Shown in pieces: positions 20,545 to 29,947 of a DNA stretch of 48,157 nucleotides (positions are counted from its first letter, which is position 1; the number at the start of each line of letters is the position of its first letter). The stretch covers positions 1-48,157 of the forward strand of contig DAOORA010000030.1 of assembly GCA_035389045.1 (NCBI GenBank), in the 5' to 3' direction. Both the position numbers and the translations under genes were made by a program. Under the pieces are notes generated by a model. That model was not told the origin of the DNA. It was given only the letters and a program-made list of their open reading frames with translations, and did no database searches. The stretch is from Bacteroidales bacterium (GTDB taxonomy: Bacteria > Bacteroidota > Bacteroidia > Bacteroidales > CAIWKO01).

Positions 20545-21819
20545 TTAGTACTTATATTTGTTTTTCCATCTTGTTTTCAGAAAATTCCTCATATCATTTT
20601 CGCGGGCATTCTGCTGAGGATCATATAGTTTTGTTCCGGCTATTTTGTCGGGAAGGTATTCAAGCTCTGTAAAGTTGTTTTCAAAATCATGGGCGTATTT
20701 ATATCCCTTATGGTAGCCAATATCTTTCATCAGCCGGGTGGGGGCATTACGGATATGCAGCGGTACAGGCAGATCGCCTGTTTCAGCGAACAGGGCATGT
20801 GCGTTTTGTATGGCCTTGTACGAAGCATTGCTTTTGGGCGAACAGGCAAGATAAACAGCCGTCTGTGAGAGTATCAGTTCACATTCAGGATAACCGATCA
20901 TATGCACGGCCTGGAAACAGTTGGTGGCCAATAGTAGCGCGTTGGGGTTGGCATTGCCGATGTCTTCAGAGGCCAGGATCAGCATACGCCGGGCAATGAA
21001 TTTGGGATCCTCACCGCCTGCTACCATGCGGGCAAGCCAGTAAACGGCTGCGTTGGGGTCGCTGCCGCGCATGGATTTGATGAACGCAGAAATGATATCG
21101 TAATGCTGTTCGCCGAGTTTATCATACAGCGCAATGTTTTGCTGGATGATTCTCAATACCATTTCATCCCTTATGATCAGGTCTTTTGTCTTGTCATTTT
21201 CTGAGGATACAACAAGTTCCAGGGCATTCAGAAGTTTGCGGGCATCGCCTCCCGAAATTCTCAGCAAAGCTTCTTCTTCCGCTATTTCAATTGTTTTTCC
21301 GCTTTGTTCCGAAAGTAGATTTCTTCCTTTTTCAAGGATCTGCAGCAATTCTTTTTTTTCCAGATTTTTTAATATGTATACCTGGCACCTTGACAGCAAA
21401 GGTGAGATCACCTCAAAGGAAGGATTTTCAGTAGTGGCGCCAATAAGGGTTATTACGCCTTTTTCGACAGCACTGAGCAGTGAGTCCTGCTGTGCTTTAT
21501 TAAAACGATGGATTTCATCGATGAATAATATTGATTTTTCATCGTTCCGTGTTGCCTGTTCTATTACGTTCCGTACATCCTTAACGCCGGAATGTACGGC
21601 ACTCAGGGTAAAGAACGGGCGGCTCAGTTGTTTGGAAATGATAAAGGCGAGCGTTGTTTTACCCACTCCGGGAGGGCCCCAGAGTATCATGGAAGGGATA
21701 TTTCCCGAATCAATGGCTTTGCGTAGTATGGCGTTTTCACCAACAATGTGTTGCTGGCCAATATAATCATCTATTAATTCCGGGCGCATTTGTTCTGCCA
21801 GTGGAGCTGATGTCTGCAT
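20545..21819 (-). CDS. rarA: Replication-associated recombination protein A (MgsA/RarA)
   Basis: PLAEQMRP, WGPPGVGKTT, FIDEIHRFNKAQQD, GATTENPSFEV, HYDIISAFIKSMRGSDP and ASEDIGNA. Confidence 0.97.
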   Translation of the reverse strand: MQTSAPLAEQMRPELIDDYIGQQHIVGENAILRKAIDSGNIPSMILWGPPGVGKTTLAFIISKQLSRPFFTLSAVHSGVKDVRNVIEQATRNDEKSILFIDEIHRFNKAQQDSLLSAVEKGVITLIGATTENPSFEVISPLLSRCQVYILKNLEKKELLQILEKGRNLLSEQSGKTIEIAEEEALLRISGGDARKLLNALELVVSSENDKTKDLIIRDEMVLRIIQQNIALYDKLGEQHYDIISAFIKSMRGSDPNAAVYWLARMVAGGEDPKFIARRMLILASEDIGNANPNALLLATNCFQAVHMIGYPECELILSQTAVYLACSPKSNASYKAIQNAHALFAETGDLPVPLHIRNAPTRLMKDIGYHKGYKYAHDFENNFTELEYLPDKIAGTKLYDPQQNARENDMRNFLKTRWKNKYKY

Positions 21820-21887
21820 CTTTATTTAAAAATACGAAAATACAAAAAAGAAAAATAAACCGATAATTAAACTCTTTCAATATTCAA

Positions 21888-21921
21888 ATAAAAAGGCTGC
21901 CCCTGTTGAGACAGCCTCTTT
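21888..21921 (-). terminator. Rho-independent terminator
   Basis: Minus strand AGGCTGTCTC-AACA-GGGGCAGCCT followed by TTTT, just after the stop at 21943. Confidence 0.8.
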
Positions 21922-21942
21922 CGGTACTTATTATATTGATTT

Positions 21943-23925
21943 CTATCGTATAATATTGATTTTTCTGGTAATCACCCCTGAATTTGTAACTACTTTAACA
22001 ATATAGGTACCCACAGCCAGATCCTCTGTGTTGATAACACTAACATTTCCATATGATCCGGTTGTTTCGCCAATAAGGTTGTATATTTCGACAGATCTTA
22101 TATTGTCGGCCGAAATATAAATTTTATCGTTTGCAGGATTGGGGAAAACTGATGTTGAGCCTTCTTCAGCTTCCTCAATTCCGACGGTGCCGTTACCCGA
22201 CAGACTTATGTTGATGTTTCCGCCATTGGTGGTTATTACAACTGTCTGATTATCTGAAGCGACAATAGTGGGATGGTAGGTAAAGGTGAATGTCGTGGAA
22301 CCACCGGCAGCTAAACTCACTGATGCCGGTACAAGCGTTGTGCTGAAAGGAGCGCTCAATCCTGTTATCCCGCTGCAAGTCAAAATCCCGATACCGGTAT
22401 TCGACAGGGAGAATGAGCCTGAGGTAACCGAAGTGTTGAGGAGTACGTTACCCGCAGCCCATGACAATGGTGAACACTGTGCTATCGGGCCCAGAGGAGC
22501 ATCAACAGTCACCAGGTCAATGGCGATAATATCCCCCTCAGTGGTATTATTAGCCACATGTTCGTGAATAGCCAGATATATTTCCTGTCCGGCATAAGCC
22601 GTCAGGGGAACTGTAAATAATTTCCAGTTTGGAATAAACTGGCTTGAATCCAATGCCACTAGTGTTGTGGTGAAAGATGCAATATCGTTGGTGGTTGTTG
22701 AAACTTTAACATCCACATAATCCGGTTTGCTACCTGCCCAGTACAAATAAAACCTTAGCTCCTGGCCGGTCTGAACATCAATTTTCGGGCTTATCAGCCA
22801 TTGGCTGTTGTAGGATGCTCCACCGGTAAGAGGGGTGCAATAGGCCACTTTGGTACCTCCGCCTGTTGGTGCAACCGTGGTAAATTGCTGCCAGCCGGTC
22901 CCGCCGTCGGGGCTTTCTTTTTTCCAGCAGGCAGGCGCAAAATGGGCGTCTTCAAAACTTTCAATCCAGGGAAAGGAATTGATGGTGCTGCAGGTAACGC
23001 CGGCTCCGGTCAGATTAATGGATATATTACCCCCATTGGTAGCAATTACAGCCGTTTGGCTATGAGTGCCCACAGCAGTAGGGCTGTATGTAAAGGTAAA
23101 AGTAGTTGATGCGCCGGATGCCAGATTAACTGATGCGGGAACCAATGAGGTGGTAAAAGGGGTGCTTAAGCCGGTGATACCGCTGCATGTCAGGGTTCCC
23201 GACCCGGTGTTGGTCAGGGTGAAGGTTTCAGAAACACTCGATGTGCCTGCCTGTAAATGTCCGGCATCCCAGGTCAAAGGAGTGCACCCGGCAATTGGAT
23301 TTGAAAGAGGTGTTCCGTCAACCATAGCCCTGATATTCCAGTTATAAGTAAATGCAGGATTTAAAGTTGTTAGATGTGTCCATCCCAACATACTGTGATA
23401 TAGCCAGTTGCCGTTCGGATTGAGCGGGCCGGCATCGCATCCGAAGGGATAACCGCCTGTAATGGTAATCTCATAACCAATATACAAATCTGTTGTAGGA
23501 ATGGGAAATGGTGTCGTAAGGGTAATTTCATTCCAGCCTTCTGCCGGTGAAAATGGCTGGCTATACACCATAGTAGACTGATTGGAATAGAATTTTAATT
23601 GAGCCGCTGTGATATATGTGATGGATTGATACAGAAAAAGTTTCACTTTGGTAATCGTGTTTCCTAAAGCATTGTGAGCAGCACATTGCGTAGCAGGGAA
23701 GAATATGTAAGCACCGGCAGTGGTTGCACCGACACCCCCGACGTTATTGGCGTGTGCTCCGTCGTAGTGCAGCGAGTCAACGATCGCTTTTGCGCCTGAC
23801 GACAGCAACATACCCGGTTCATTATTAATTTTTCCTGCCGTTACAAAGCCATCAGTAGGCTGAACCTGTGAAAAAATAACTCCGCTTATAAAAAGCAAAG
23901 TCAAAAACATGTAAATTTTTTTCAT
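21943..23925 (-). CDS. T9SS type A CTD cargo: N-terminal beta-sandwich, two Ig-like repeats flanking a cleaved-adhesin (choice-of-anchor J-like) domain
   Basis: Signal peptide; ESFE...W...WLISP...V.VSTT...L.AYAGQ.IYLA..H adhesin pattern; CTD VFPNPA...G.YIVKV......KINI. Confidence 0.85.
   Translation of the reverse strand: MKKIYMFLTLLFISGVIFSQVQPTDGFVTAGKINNEPGMLLSSGAKAIVDSLHYDGAHANNVGGVGATTAGAYIFFPATQCAAHNALGNTITKVKLFLYQSITYITAAQLKFYSNQSTMVYSQPFSPAEGWNEITLTTPFPIPTTDLYIGYEITITGGYPFGCDAGPLNPNGNWLYHSMLGWTHLTTLNPAFTYNWNIRAMVDGTPLSNPIAGCTPLTWDAGHLQAGTSSVSETFTLTNTGSGTLTCSGITGLSTPFTTSLVPASVNLASGASTTFTFTYSPTAVGTHSQTAVIATNGGNISINLTGAGVTCSTINSFPWIESFEDAHFAPACWKKESPDGGTGWQQFTTVAPTGGGTKVAYCTPLTGGASYNSQWLISPKIDVQTGQELRFYLYWAGSKPDYVDVKVSTTTNDIASFTTTLVALDSSQFIPNWKLFTVPLTAYAGQEIYLAIHEHVANNTTEGDIIAIDLVTVDAPLGPIAQCSPLSWAAGNVLLNTSVTSGSFSLSNTGIGILTCSGITGLSAPFSTTLVPASVSLAAGGSTTFTFTYHPTIVASDNQTVVITTNGGNINISLSGNGTVGIEEAEEGSTSVFPNPANDKIYISADNIRSVEIYNLIGETTGSYGNVSVINTEDLAVGTYIVKVVTNSGVITRKINIIR
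22189..23298 (-). repeat. Intragenic duplication of a 100-aa Ig-like domain (22999-23298 and 22189-22488)
   Basis: PIA.C.PL.W.AG...NTG.G.LTCSGITGLS.PF.T.LVPASV.LA.G.STTFTFTY.PT...TNGGNI.I.L.G.G occurs twice. Confidence 0.9.
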
Positions 23926-24278
23926 AATCTGAGTATTTGAAAATTATTTTTACAAATATATATAAACCTTGCAGGATAACAAATTTTTATTCATAAAAAG
24001 TTTTACCCGGTACTTTTTTTATTACGAATTTATTGTCCTGTAATGGATTATGCTTTTTTGAGAAGAAAATTGCAAAACAATTGACTAACCGGTACGAAAA
24101 CAATACGGATGACTTGTGTGCTTGAGATAAAAATGAGCCCAAACCGGTATGAATTTCTTGGAATGTGACTCCCGGGTTAATTCCAATAGTCGTAAATCAT
24201 TATTTTCCGGTACTTTTTGCTGTTAATTAATTTGTGAAAAAAAACAATCATTTAGTTTTATTATCATCATTTTTAAAT

Positions 24279-24286
24279 TACATTTG
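24279..24286 (+). promoter_or_regulatory. -7 promoter element (TACATTTG); the divergent partner TATATTTG lies at 23953-23960 on the minus strand
   Basis: TAnnTTTG matches about 28 nt upstream of both divergent T9SS cargo genes. Confidence 0.6.
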
Positions 24287-24314
24287 TAGTAATTATTAAC
24301 TAAAATAAAAAAGT

Positions 24315-25214
24315 ATGAAAAAATTTACACTTACAATGATTTTCGCAGCATTGACGGTTGTCGTTTTCGGGCAGACTGTGCAAACTGCCAAAACAGCACT
24401 TGAAGCCGGTGTTGTGAATGTTTACCAGAATCAGATTACGACGCCTAAAGGTATCGTTCTCTCCGAAGGATTTGAAACGATGGTAATTCCCGGGACCATG
24501 AACGGCTGGACACTGGTACAAAACAACCCCAGTAAGACCTGGGAAATTACTGTCGCTGAATTTCATGGTGGGGCACAAGCCCTTTCTTGTGAATACGATC
24601 CTGCCCTTGTTTTACAGGATGAACGGATGGTGACACCCGTACTTGATTTCTCAACGGCAACCGCTGTCACCGTTGATTTCTGGTGGCAGGGCAGCAAATA
24701 CTGGGGCGCCTTTCCTTACGACAACTACGATCTGTTATTGAAATACTCTGTGGATGGTGGTACTACCTGGGCTACAGAAGTATGGACTGAAATGACTGAC
24801 GATACTGCATTATGGACAAGCTGGACTTGGAAACAGGCCACGGTGAATGTACCTGCGGTTGTAGGACAATCAAATGTGAAATTTGCTTTTATTTATTACG
24901 GTACCGATGGTGCACAGTGGGTCATTGATGATATTTCAGTTGATGGCGCTGGTATGGCTGGTGTTACACCAGTTGAGTTAACTCCGGTTCAGATCAGCAT
25001 TTTCCCGAATCCGGCTTCGGATAACATGAATATTGAATCCAATTTTGGAATCAATAACGTGAGGATTTTCAACGATTTCGGACAATTAGTCCTTGAACAG
25101 GTACTGGATGGTAAATCAGCCACACTGAACATTTCAAACCTGACAGAAGGTTTGTATTTTGTTGAAGTTACCGGTGAAAACGGAAAGTACACCAGAAAAA
25201 TCACCGTCAGGTAA
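24315..25214 (+). CDS. T9SS type A CTD cargo with a single cleaved-adhesin/MAM-like domain
   Basis: Signal peptide; LSEGFE..GW, QDERMVTP.LD, SVDGGTTW and W.IDDISV; CTD IFPNPA...GLYFVEV......KITVR. Confidence 0.85.
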   Translation: MKKFTLTMIFAALTVVVFGQTVQTAKTALEAGVVNVYQNQITTPKGIVLSEGFETMVIPGTMNGWTLVQNNPSKTWEITVAEFHGGAQALSCEYDPALVLQDERMVTPVLDFSTATAVTVDFWWQGSKYWGAFPYDNYDLLLKYSVDGGTTWATEVWTEMTDDTALWTSWTWKQATVNVPAVVGQSNVKFAFIYYGTDGAQWVIDDISVDGAGMAGVTPVELTPVQISIFPNPASDNMNIESNFGINNVRIFNDFGQLVLEQVLDGKSATLNISNLTEGLYFVEVTGENGKYTRKITVR

Positions 25215-25234
25215 ACTGATAAATTTTCTTGATG

Positions 25235-25270
25235 AAAAGAGGTTGTCTTTTTTGATAACCTCTTTTTTTT
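25235..25270. terminator. Bidirectional rho-independent terminator
   Basis: AAAAGAGGTTGTC-T6-GATAACCTCTTTT plus a T-run, between convergent genes. Confidence 0.85.
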
Positions 25271-25310
25271 ATGCACCAATTTTGTGAATAGCATTTGATC
25301 AATGCAGGTA

Positions 25311-26192
25311 TCAGCAGATAACGTGGAGTGACTTTGGAACAATATGAACTTCAATGCGTTTGCCCAGATCTATTTCATCACCATCTATGTGAGCCATATT
25401 GTTTTTTAACTGGGTAACGCTTATTTGTTTGGTTTTTATGACCTTCACAAATGGCGTTTTGTGAACCAGTCCAAGAAAAATAAATGGAATCACCAGAATA
25501 ACATAAAAAAATCTTGGTTTGCGCACAACACACAAATCAATATAACCGTCATCAATGATTGCAGTAGGCGCAACACGTGCATTAAAACCAAACTGGTCCG
25601 AATTCGCAAAAGTTAGCATAAAAGCACTCTTTTTTAGTATTTTGCCATCCACATAAATTTTAAAACGTTTGGGCTGATAGCTAAGATATTCCAGAAAAAT
25701 AATTTTTGCATAGGCCCAGAATCCACGAATTTTGCTTTTTGAAAAAAGATCAGCCACATGGGCGTCAAAACCCAGCCCTGCAACACTTACAAAGGGATGT
25801 TCATTGATGTTCGCAGTATCAATGAGCTTCACATGGTACCTGTTGATAACCTCTATCGCTTTTCGGGCATTCAGCGAAATATTCAGGAAATGGGCAAGGC
25901 CGTTACCTGAACCGGCAGGGATAATTCCCAATGCCGTATTGGAGCCAATAAGCCCGCGCGCTGCTTCGTTGATGGATCCATCACCTCCCACAATGACCAC
26001 AGCATCATAATGCATTTCAGAAGCTTCACGGCTCAGCTGTATGGCATGTTCTTTATGATTGGTATAACAAACTTCATAATCAAACCTTGACAGATCAAGG
26101 TGCCTGCCTAACAAACCCTCAATCTTTTTTTGCTTCCCTATACCAGACTTGGGATTGATAATGATCCGGATTTTCTTTTTCTGATTACTCAT
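25311..26192 (-). CDS. Diacylglycerol kinase family lipid kinase (YegS/DagK-like)
   Basis: IINPKSG, VGGDGSINE, IIPAGSGNGLA, AGLGFDA, DDG.ID and HIDGD. Confidence 0.92.
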   Translation of the reverse strand: MSNQKKKIRIIINPKSGIGKQKKIEGLLGRHLDLSRFDYEVCYTNHKEHAIQLSREASEMHYDAVVIVGGDGSINEAARGLIGSNTALGIIPAGSGNGLAHFLNISLNARKAIEVINRYHVKLIDTANINEHPFVSVAGLGFDAHVADLFSKSKIRGFWAYAKIIFLEYLSYQPKRFKIYVDGKILKKSAFMLTFANSDQFGFNARVAPTAIIDDGYIDLCVVRKPRFFYVILVIPFIFLGLVHKTPFVKVIKTKQISVTQLKNNMAHIDGDEIDLGKRIEVHIVPKSLHVIC

Positions 26193-28116
26193 TTGTTGCA
26201 GTCAGTTTGTTATTGATCATTCTTTCATTATATGTTTGTATGTATGCTTTTAAAAAGTTCTCAAGTTCCTGGCGTTTCAGGGGCTTTTTATAGAAAAGAT
26301 CATTTTTCAACAAATTATCTTCTATGAAATTATATAAGGTATGTGTGTTTTCACCATCAAACTGAAGTAAAAAACTGTCTTTTATCATTTGATAGGAACC
26401 GTTTTGATAGCTTACCGAAAAATGCATGGCTGAAGTGTCAAACACACTGCTGCCAAATGAAATATATTGGTTTTCATAATTCAGAAAGTCCAGTACCGAC
26501 GGTAAAATATCCGCCTGCTGGCAAACTGTATGGTTGATTCCTGACAGGTTGCTGTTGTGCATATAAAAAATCAGCGGTATGGCGAGTGACCCGGCATTGT
26601 TACGGTAATAATCAGATGCAGCTATTGATGAGTGATCAGCGGTAATCACAAAAAGTGTGCTGTCGAACCACGGCATCTTTGAACAGGCAATGAAAAACTG
26701 TTTTAATGAATAGTCGGTGTACATAATGCTTTCGTGAATTTCAAGTGTTCCTTTTTTAAATTTGTTCCGGTATTTTTCCGGGATTGCGTACGGATGATGG
26801 GATGATAAGGTATACATCACCGAAATGAAAGGTGTTGCAGACTGATTTATTGTATTAACGGCATACTGTAAAAATTCTTCATCATATATGCCCCATTTTC
26901 CGTCGTAATCCTCATCATTGTTATACTCATCCTTGCCGTAATATGTATCGAAACCGGCCAACCTGGCGAAGGCATCAAAATTCAGGGTGCCATTCTTTCC
27001 CCCGTGAAAAAACATGGAATGATACCCGTATTTTTTTAGTAAAACCGGCAACGAATTGATTTTATTTCCCGAAAAGGATGACGTAAGGTAGGCATCGTTC
27101 ATCAATGAAGGAAGGCCTGAAATTATGGACGGTATCCCTTCGATGGAACGCTTGCTGTTGGCAAACATCCGGTCAAAACAAAGGCTTTGTGTGATGAGCG
27201 AGTCTAAAAATGGCGTATATCCGGTATTTCTGCTGTCTTCCATATCTTTGTTCAAGATTCCCATATATTCTTTCGACAGGCTTTCAACAACAATGATGAT
27301 GATATTTAACTTTCTGAAATCTGATATATGGCCGTATCTGCTCTTTTGCACAGGATTGTAATAATTCAATGAGGCCTGCCGGTGAAAGTATTTCTTTTCT
27401 TTCAGGTCCTGCTTTTCCGAAGTACAATAAATCGAAAAAGGTGCATTAATAACAAGTGGTACATTGTCGGCTGTGGTGTATTCTCCGGCAGTCACAAGGC
27501 TTATGGGCCTGAGCTGAAAACCACCCCGTAAAAACACTACCGACAGTCCAAGGGTGATTACAAACCCTGTAAAAGCCCAAGAATGTTGCATGAATGTTTT
27601 GTTGCGGATGATAAGTATCTTTTTTGTTTTCTTATATAAAAAAACCATCATTACAATAAGCGCTATCCAGATAAGTATCACGTACCAGAAATCGCTGATG
27701 TATTTCCAGAACATAGTACGGAAATCATCTCCGATAAAGACAGAATTAACTATGTCATAGTTGATTCTTCTTACAATATACCTGAAATATGCAATATCAA
27801 TGCAGTTTAAAAGAATGGCAATTGCGTTTGTCAGATAAAAAAATAGTTCCAGCGTCTTCTGATAAACACTGTTGCTTCGGAAATTAAAAGGAATGGTTTG
27901 AAAAAAAATATAAACAATATTCACAAGAACGATGGAGGAAATGTCGAACCGTAATCCAAATACCAGTATAAAGGCAAACTCTTTCCAATCAATGGAGAAG
28001 TAGGGCGCGTTGAAAAGGTAGAAAGCAATCCGTGTGAACGTGTAAATGAATATTAATATTAATATTCTGATAATCAGTGCAAAATATACATTATTTAAAC
28101 TGAAGAGTTTTTTCAT
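26185..28116 (-). CDS. LTA synthase/sulfatase-family membrane phosphotransferase
   Basis: About 5 N-terminal TM helices; IIVVESL, TPFLDSL, RSIEG, WGIYDE, TLSSHHPY, YTD and ITADH. Confidence 0.88.
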   Translation of the reverse strand: MKKLFSLNNVYFALIIRILILIFIYTFTRIAFYLFNAPYFSIDWKEFAFILVFGLRFDISSIVLVNIVYIFFQTIPFNFRSNSVYQKTLELFFYLTNAIAILLNCIDIAYFRYIVRRINYDIVNSVFIGDDFRTMFWKYISDFWYVILIWIALIVMMVFLYKKTKKILIIRNKTFMQHSWAFTGFVITLGLSVVFLRGGFQLRPISLVTAGEYTTADNVPLVINAPFSIYCTSEKQDLKEKKYFHRQASLNYYNPVQKSRYGHISDFRKLNIIIIVVESLSKEYMGILNKDMEDSRNTGYTPFLDSLITQSLCFDRMFANSKRSIEGIPSIISGLPSLMNDAYLTSSFSGNKINSLPVLLKKYGYHSMFFHGGKNGTLNFDAFARLAGFDTYYGKDEYNNDEDYDGKWGIYDEEFLQYAVNTINQSATPFISVMYTLSSHHPYAIPEKYRNKFKKGTLEIHESIMYTDYSLKQFFIACSKMPWFDSTLFVITADHSSIAASDYYRNNAGSLAIPLIFYMHNSNLSGINHTVCQQADILPSVLDFLNYENQYISFGSSVFDTSAMHFSVSYQNGSYQMIKDSFLLQFDGENTHTLYNFIEDNLLKNDLFYKKPLKRQELENFLKAYIQTYNERMINNKLTATNE

Positions 28117-28181
28117 CGCCTGCAAATGTAATAAAGATGGTATATTCCTGTGATAAACCTTTACGGAAAAAAGGTACGGTA

Positions 28182-28505
28182 TCAGAAAATCATTACATCA
28201 ACTTTGCGTTTTACCTCAGGAGCGTTGTTGCCGGCATCATCGGTAACATTATATGTTATATAATATGTTCCTTCAGTATTAACATCCACCGGGTTATTTG
28301 TAACAATCCTTGATGTTATATCCCCATCGGTTTCGTCATAAGCCGTTGCGCCAGCATCGGTGTACGATGTGCCTTTGTCGACATAGACCTGTTGCGGGCC
28401 CATCAATGTAATCACGGGGGGCGTCTTGTCATTAGAAGTGTTTTTTTTGCAGGAACCGAGACAGACCAGAATTATCCATAAGATCGTAAAAAACAGTTTA
28501 TTCAT
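28182..28505 (-). CDS. Single-domain DUF5011 (Ig-like) lipoprotein
   Basis: Probable start MNKLFF.. at 28505; lipobox LGSC; PPVITL.G..YTDAGATAYD..DGDIT...G.Y.ITY.V.D.AGN. Confidence 0.85.
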   Translation of the reverse strand: MNKLFFTILWIILVCLGSCKKNTSNDKTPPVITLMGPQQVYVDKGTSYTDAGATAYDETDGDITSRIVTNNPVDVNTEGTYYITYNVTDDAGNNAPEVKRKVDVMIF

Positions 28506-28512
28506 TATTTGA

Positions 28513-29154
28513 TTATTTTTTATAAACCATAAATCCATTAGAAATATTACCTGATACCGAATCACTGAAATGGATTTCAAAAACTGTGGTGTCATTGATG
28601 GTTTTGACCAGGCCGTTACCTTCAAATTTGTGTGTGACCGCAGGATTACCCGCCTGGGCAGTTTGTGCAGGGAAGCGGATCGTATCGTTTGAAATATCTG
28701 CAAACACTGATGCGTTTGGGTATGAAGCAAAACCGGCGATCCATATCCTTTTGTTTACAACGGTCGAAACCGTCGCTGAAGCTGCAAAATTTGTGGTGTC
28801 GGTCGTCAGATAACATGTACCTGCATAATTTCCGCTGTATAACTCAGCCTCATTCTTTACAACAACCCTTCTTATGGCTTCACCGGTATTTCCGGAAGCG
28901 TCCGTAGCCGAGTATACGATATAATATGTTCCTGCAAAATCCGGGTTCACTTCTCCTGTGATGTTCACAGAAACGGCGCCATCGGTATTGTCGTTAGCGT
29001 CAGCACCAGGATCGGTAAAAGAGGTATTAAGGATAATGGTCATTGATGAATTGCCCCGAAGTGTTACCACCGGATTCTCATCATCTTTTTTTTTGCAGGA
29101 AACGAGGAAAAACAGCAAAAGTAAAAAGATAAGATATTTGACTTTTAATATCAT
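28513..29154 (-). CDS. DUF5011 (Ig-like) lipoprotein with C-terminal beta domain
   Basis: Lipobox LVSC followed by KKKDDE (surface-export-like signal); PVVTL.G, FTDPGA.A.D..DG and Y.ATD.SGN. Confidence 0.85.
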   Translation of the reverse strand: MILKVKYLIFLLLLFFLVSCKKKDDENPVVTLRGNSSMTIILNTSFTDPGADANDNTDGAVSVNITGEVNPDFAGTYYIVYSATDASGNTGEAIRRVVVKNEAELYSGNYAGTCYLTTDTTNFAASATVSTVVNKRIWIAGFASYPNASVFADISNDTIRFPAQTAQAGNPAVTHKFEGNGLVKTINDTTVFEIHFSDSVSGNISNGFMVYKK

Positions 29155-29171
29155 GATTTCATTAATGACAA

Positions 29172-29810
29172 CTAATTTCTTGTATAAATACCATGACCGG
29201 AATAATCAATAATGCCGTTCGAAATGAAATAATTGATGATAATTATCGAATCTGAAGAGAATGTCCCCGACCCATAGAAGGTCTTATTTTCCGGTATAGC
29301 ACCGCAGAATTTTGTCTGAGTGGGAACAAGAATAACGGTATCGTTCAGTGTTGCGTAAACAGAAGCATTTTCGATGCCCGCAAACTTTGTGAACAGTATT
29401 ATATTATTTGTTGTGTCAGTAAACGAAATGGTATCAATATAAGTAGTATCAACTTCTGCACCAATATAATTGACAATTTGATAATTCCCCGACAAAAATG
29501 GGGCTGCATCAACAATGACCTTACGGGTTGCACTGGCCGTATTTCCTGCAGCATCGGCACAGGAATAAGTTAAGGTATATTCTCCGGCCGATTTCATATT
29601 GACGGTTCCGCTTGAAGTTATGGTGAGGCTGCCATCGGTGTCATCGGTTGCGACGGCTCCTGCATCTGCATACGCTGAAGCGCTGCCCAAGATCACTACA
29701 TGCGGGTTTGCTCCCTGTAAAGTGATTACAGGAACCGTTGTATCATTTTTTTTACAGGAACCGCTAAATAATAATATCGTTAAGGCCAATAATAAGGTGA
29801 ATTTTTTCAT
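29172..29810 (-). CDS. DUF5011 (Ig-like) lipoprotein with C-terminal beta domain
   Basis: Lipobox SGSC; PVITLQG, YADAGA.ATD..DG and Y...D.AGN; own TAAATTTG at 29849-29856 (minus). Confidence 0.85.
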   Translation of the reverse strand: MKKFTLLLALTILLFSGSCKKNDTTVPVITLQGANPHVVILGSASAYADAGAVATDDTDGSLTITSSGTVNMKSAGEYTLTYSCADAAGNTASATRKVIVDAAPFLSGNYQIVNYIGAEVDTTYIDTISFTDTTNNIILFTKFAGIENASVYATLNDTVILVPTQTKFCGAIPENKTFYGSGTFSSDSIIIINYFISNGIIDYSGHGIYTRN

Positions 29811-29895
29811 GCCTGTCTGATTTGTTACAATGCTTTTTTTAATAATGTCAAATTTACAATTTTATTTTCTGACAGCCGAAAAAAAGAAAATACTG

Positions 29896-29935
29896 AAAAA
29901 AAAATCCCGATTGAAACAACCGGGATTTTCTTTTT
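29896..29935 (-). terminator. Rho-independent terminator
   Basis: AAAATCCCGATTG-AAA-CAACCGGGATTTT hairpin with flanking A/T tracts, after the stop at 29948. Confidence 0.8.
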
Positions 29936-29947
29936 GAGATGATTGAT

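Noticed and set aside
24007..24212. Four CCGGTA hexamers (24007, 24089, 24144, 24207) as an operator array
   Set aside because: Spacing is irregular and CCGG is frequent throughout the window, so it is not distinguishable from background by eye
28506..28730. 75-aa N-terminal extension of ORF 28182-28730
   Set aside because: Overlaps the upstream gene in another frame; the signal peptide begins at 28505
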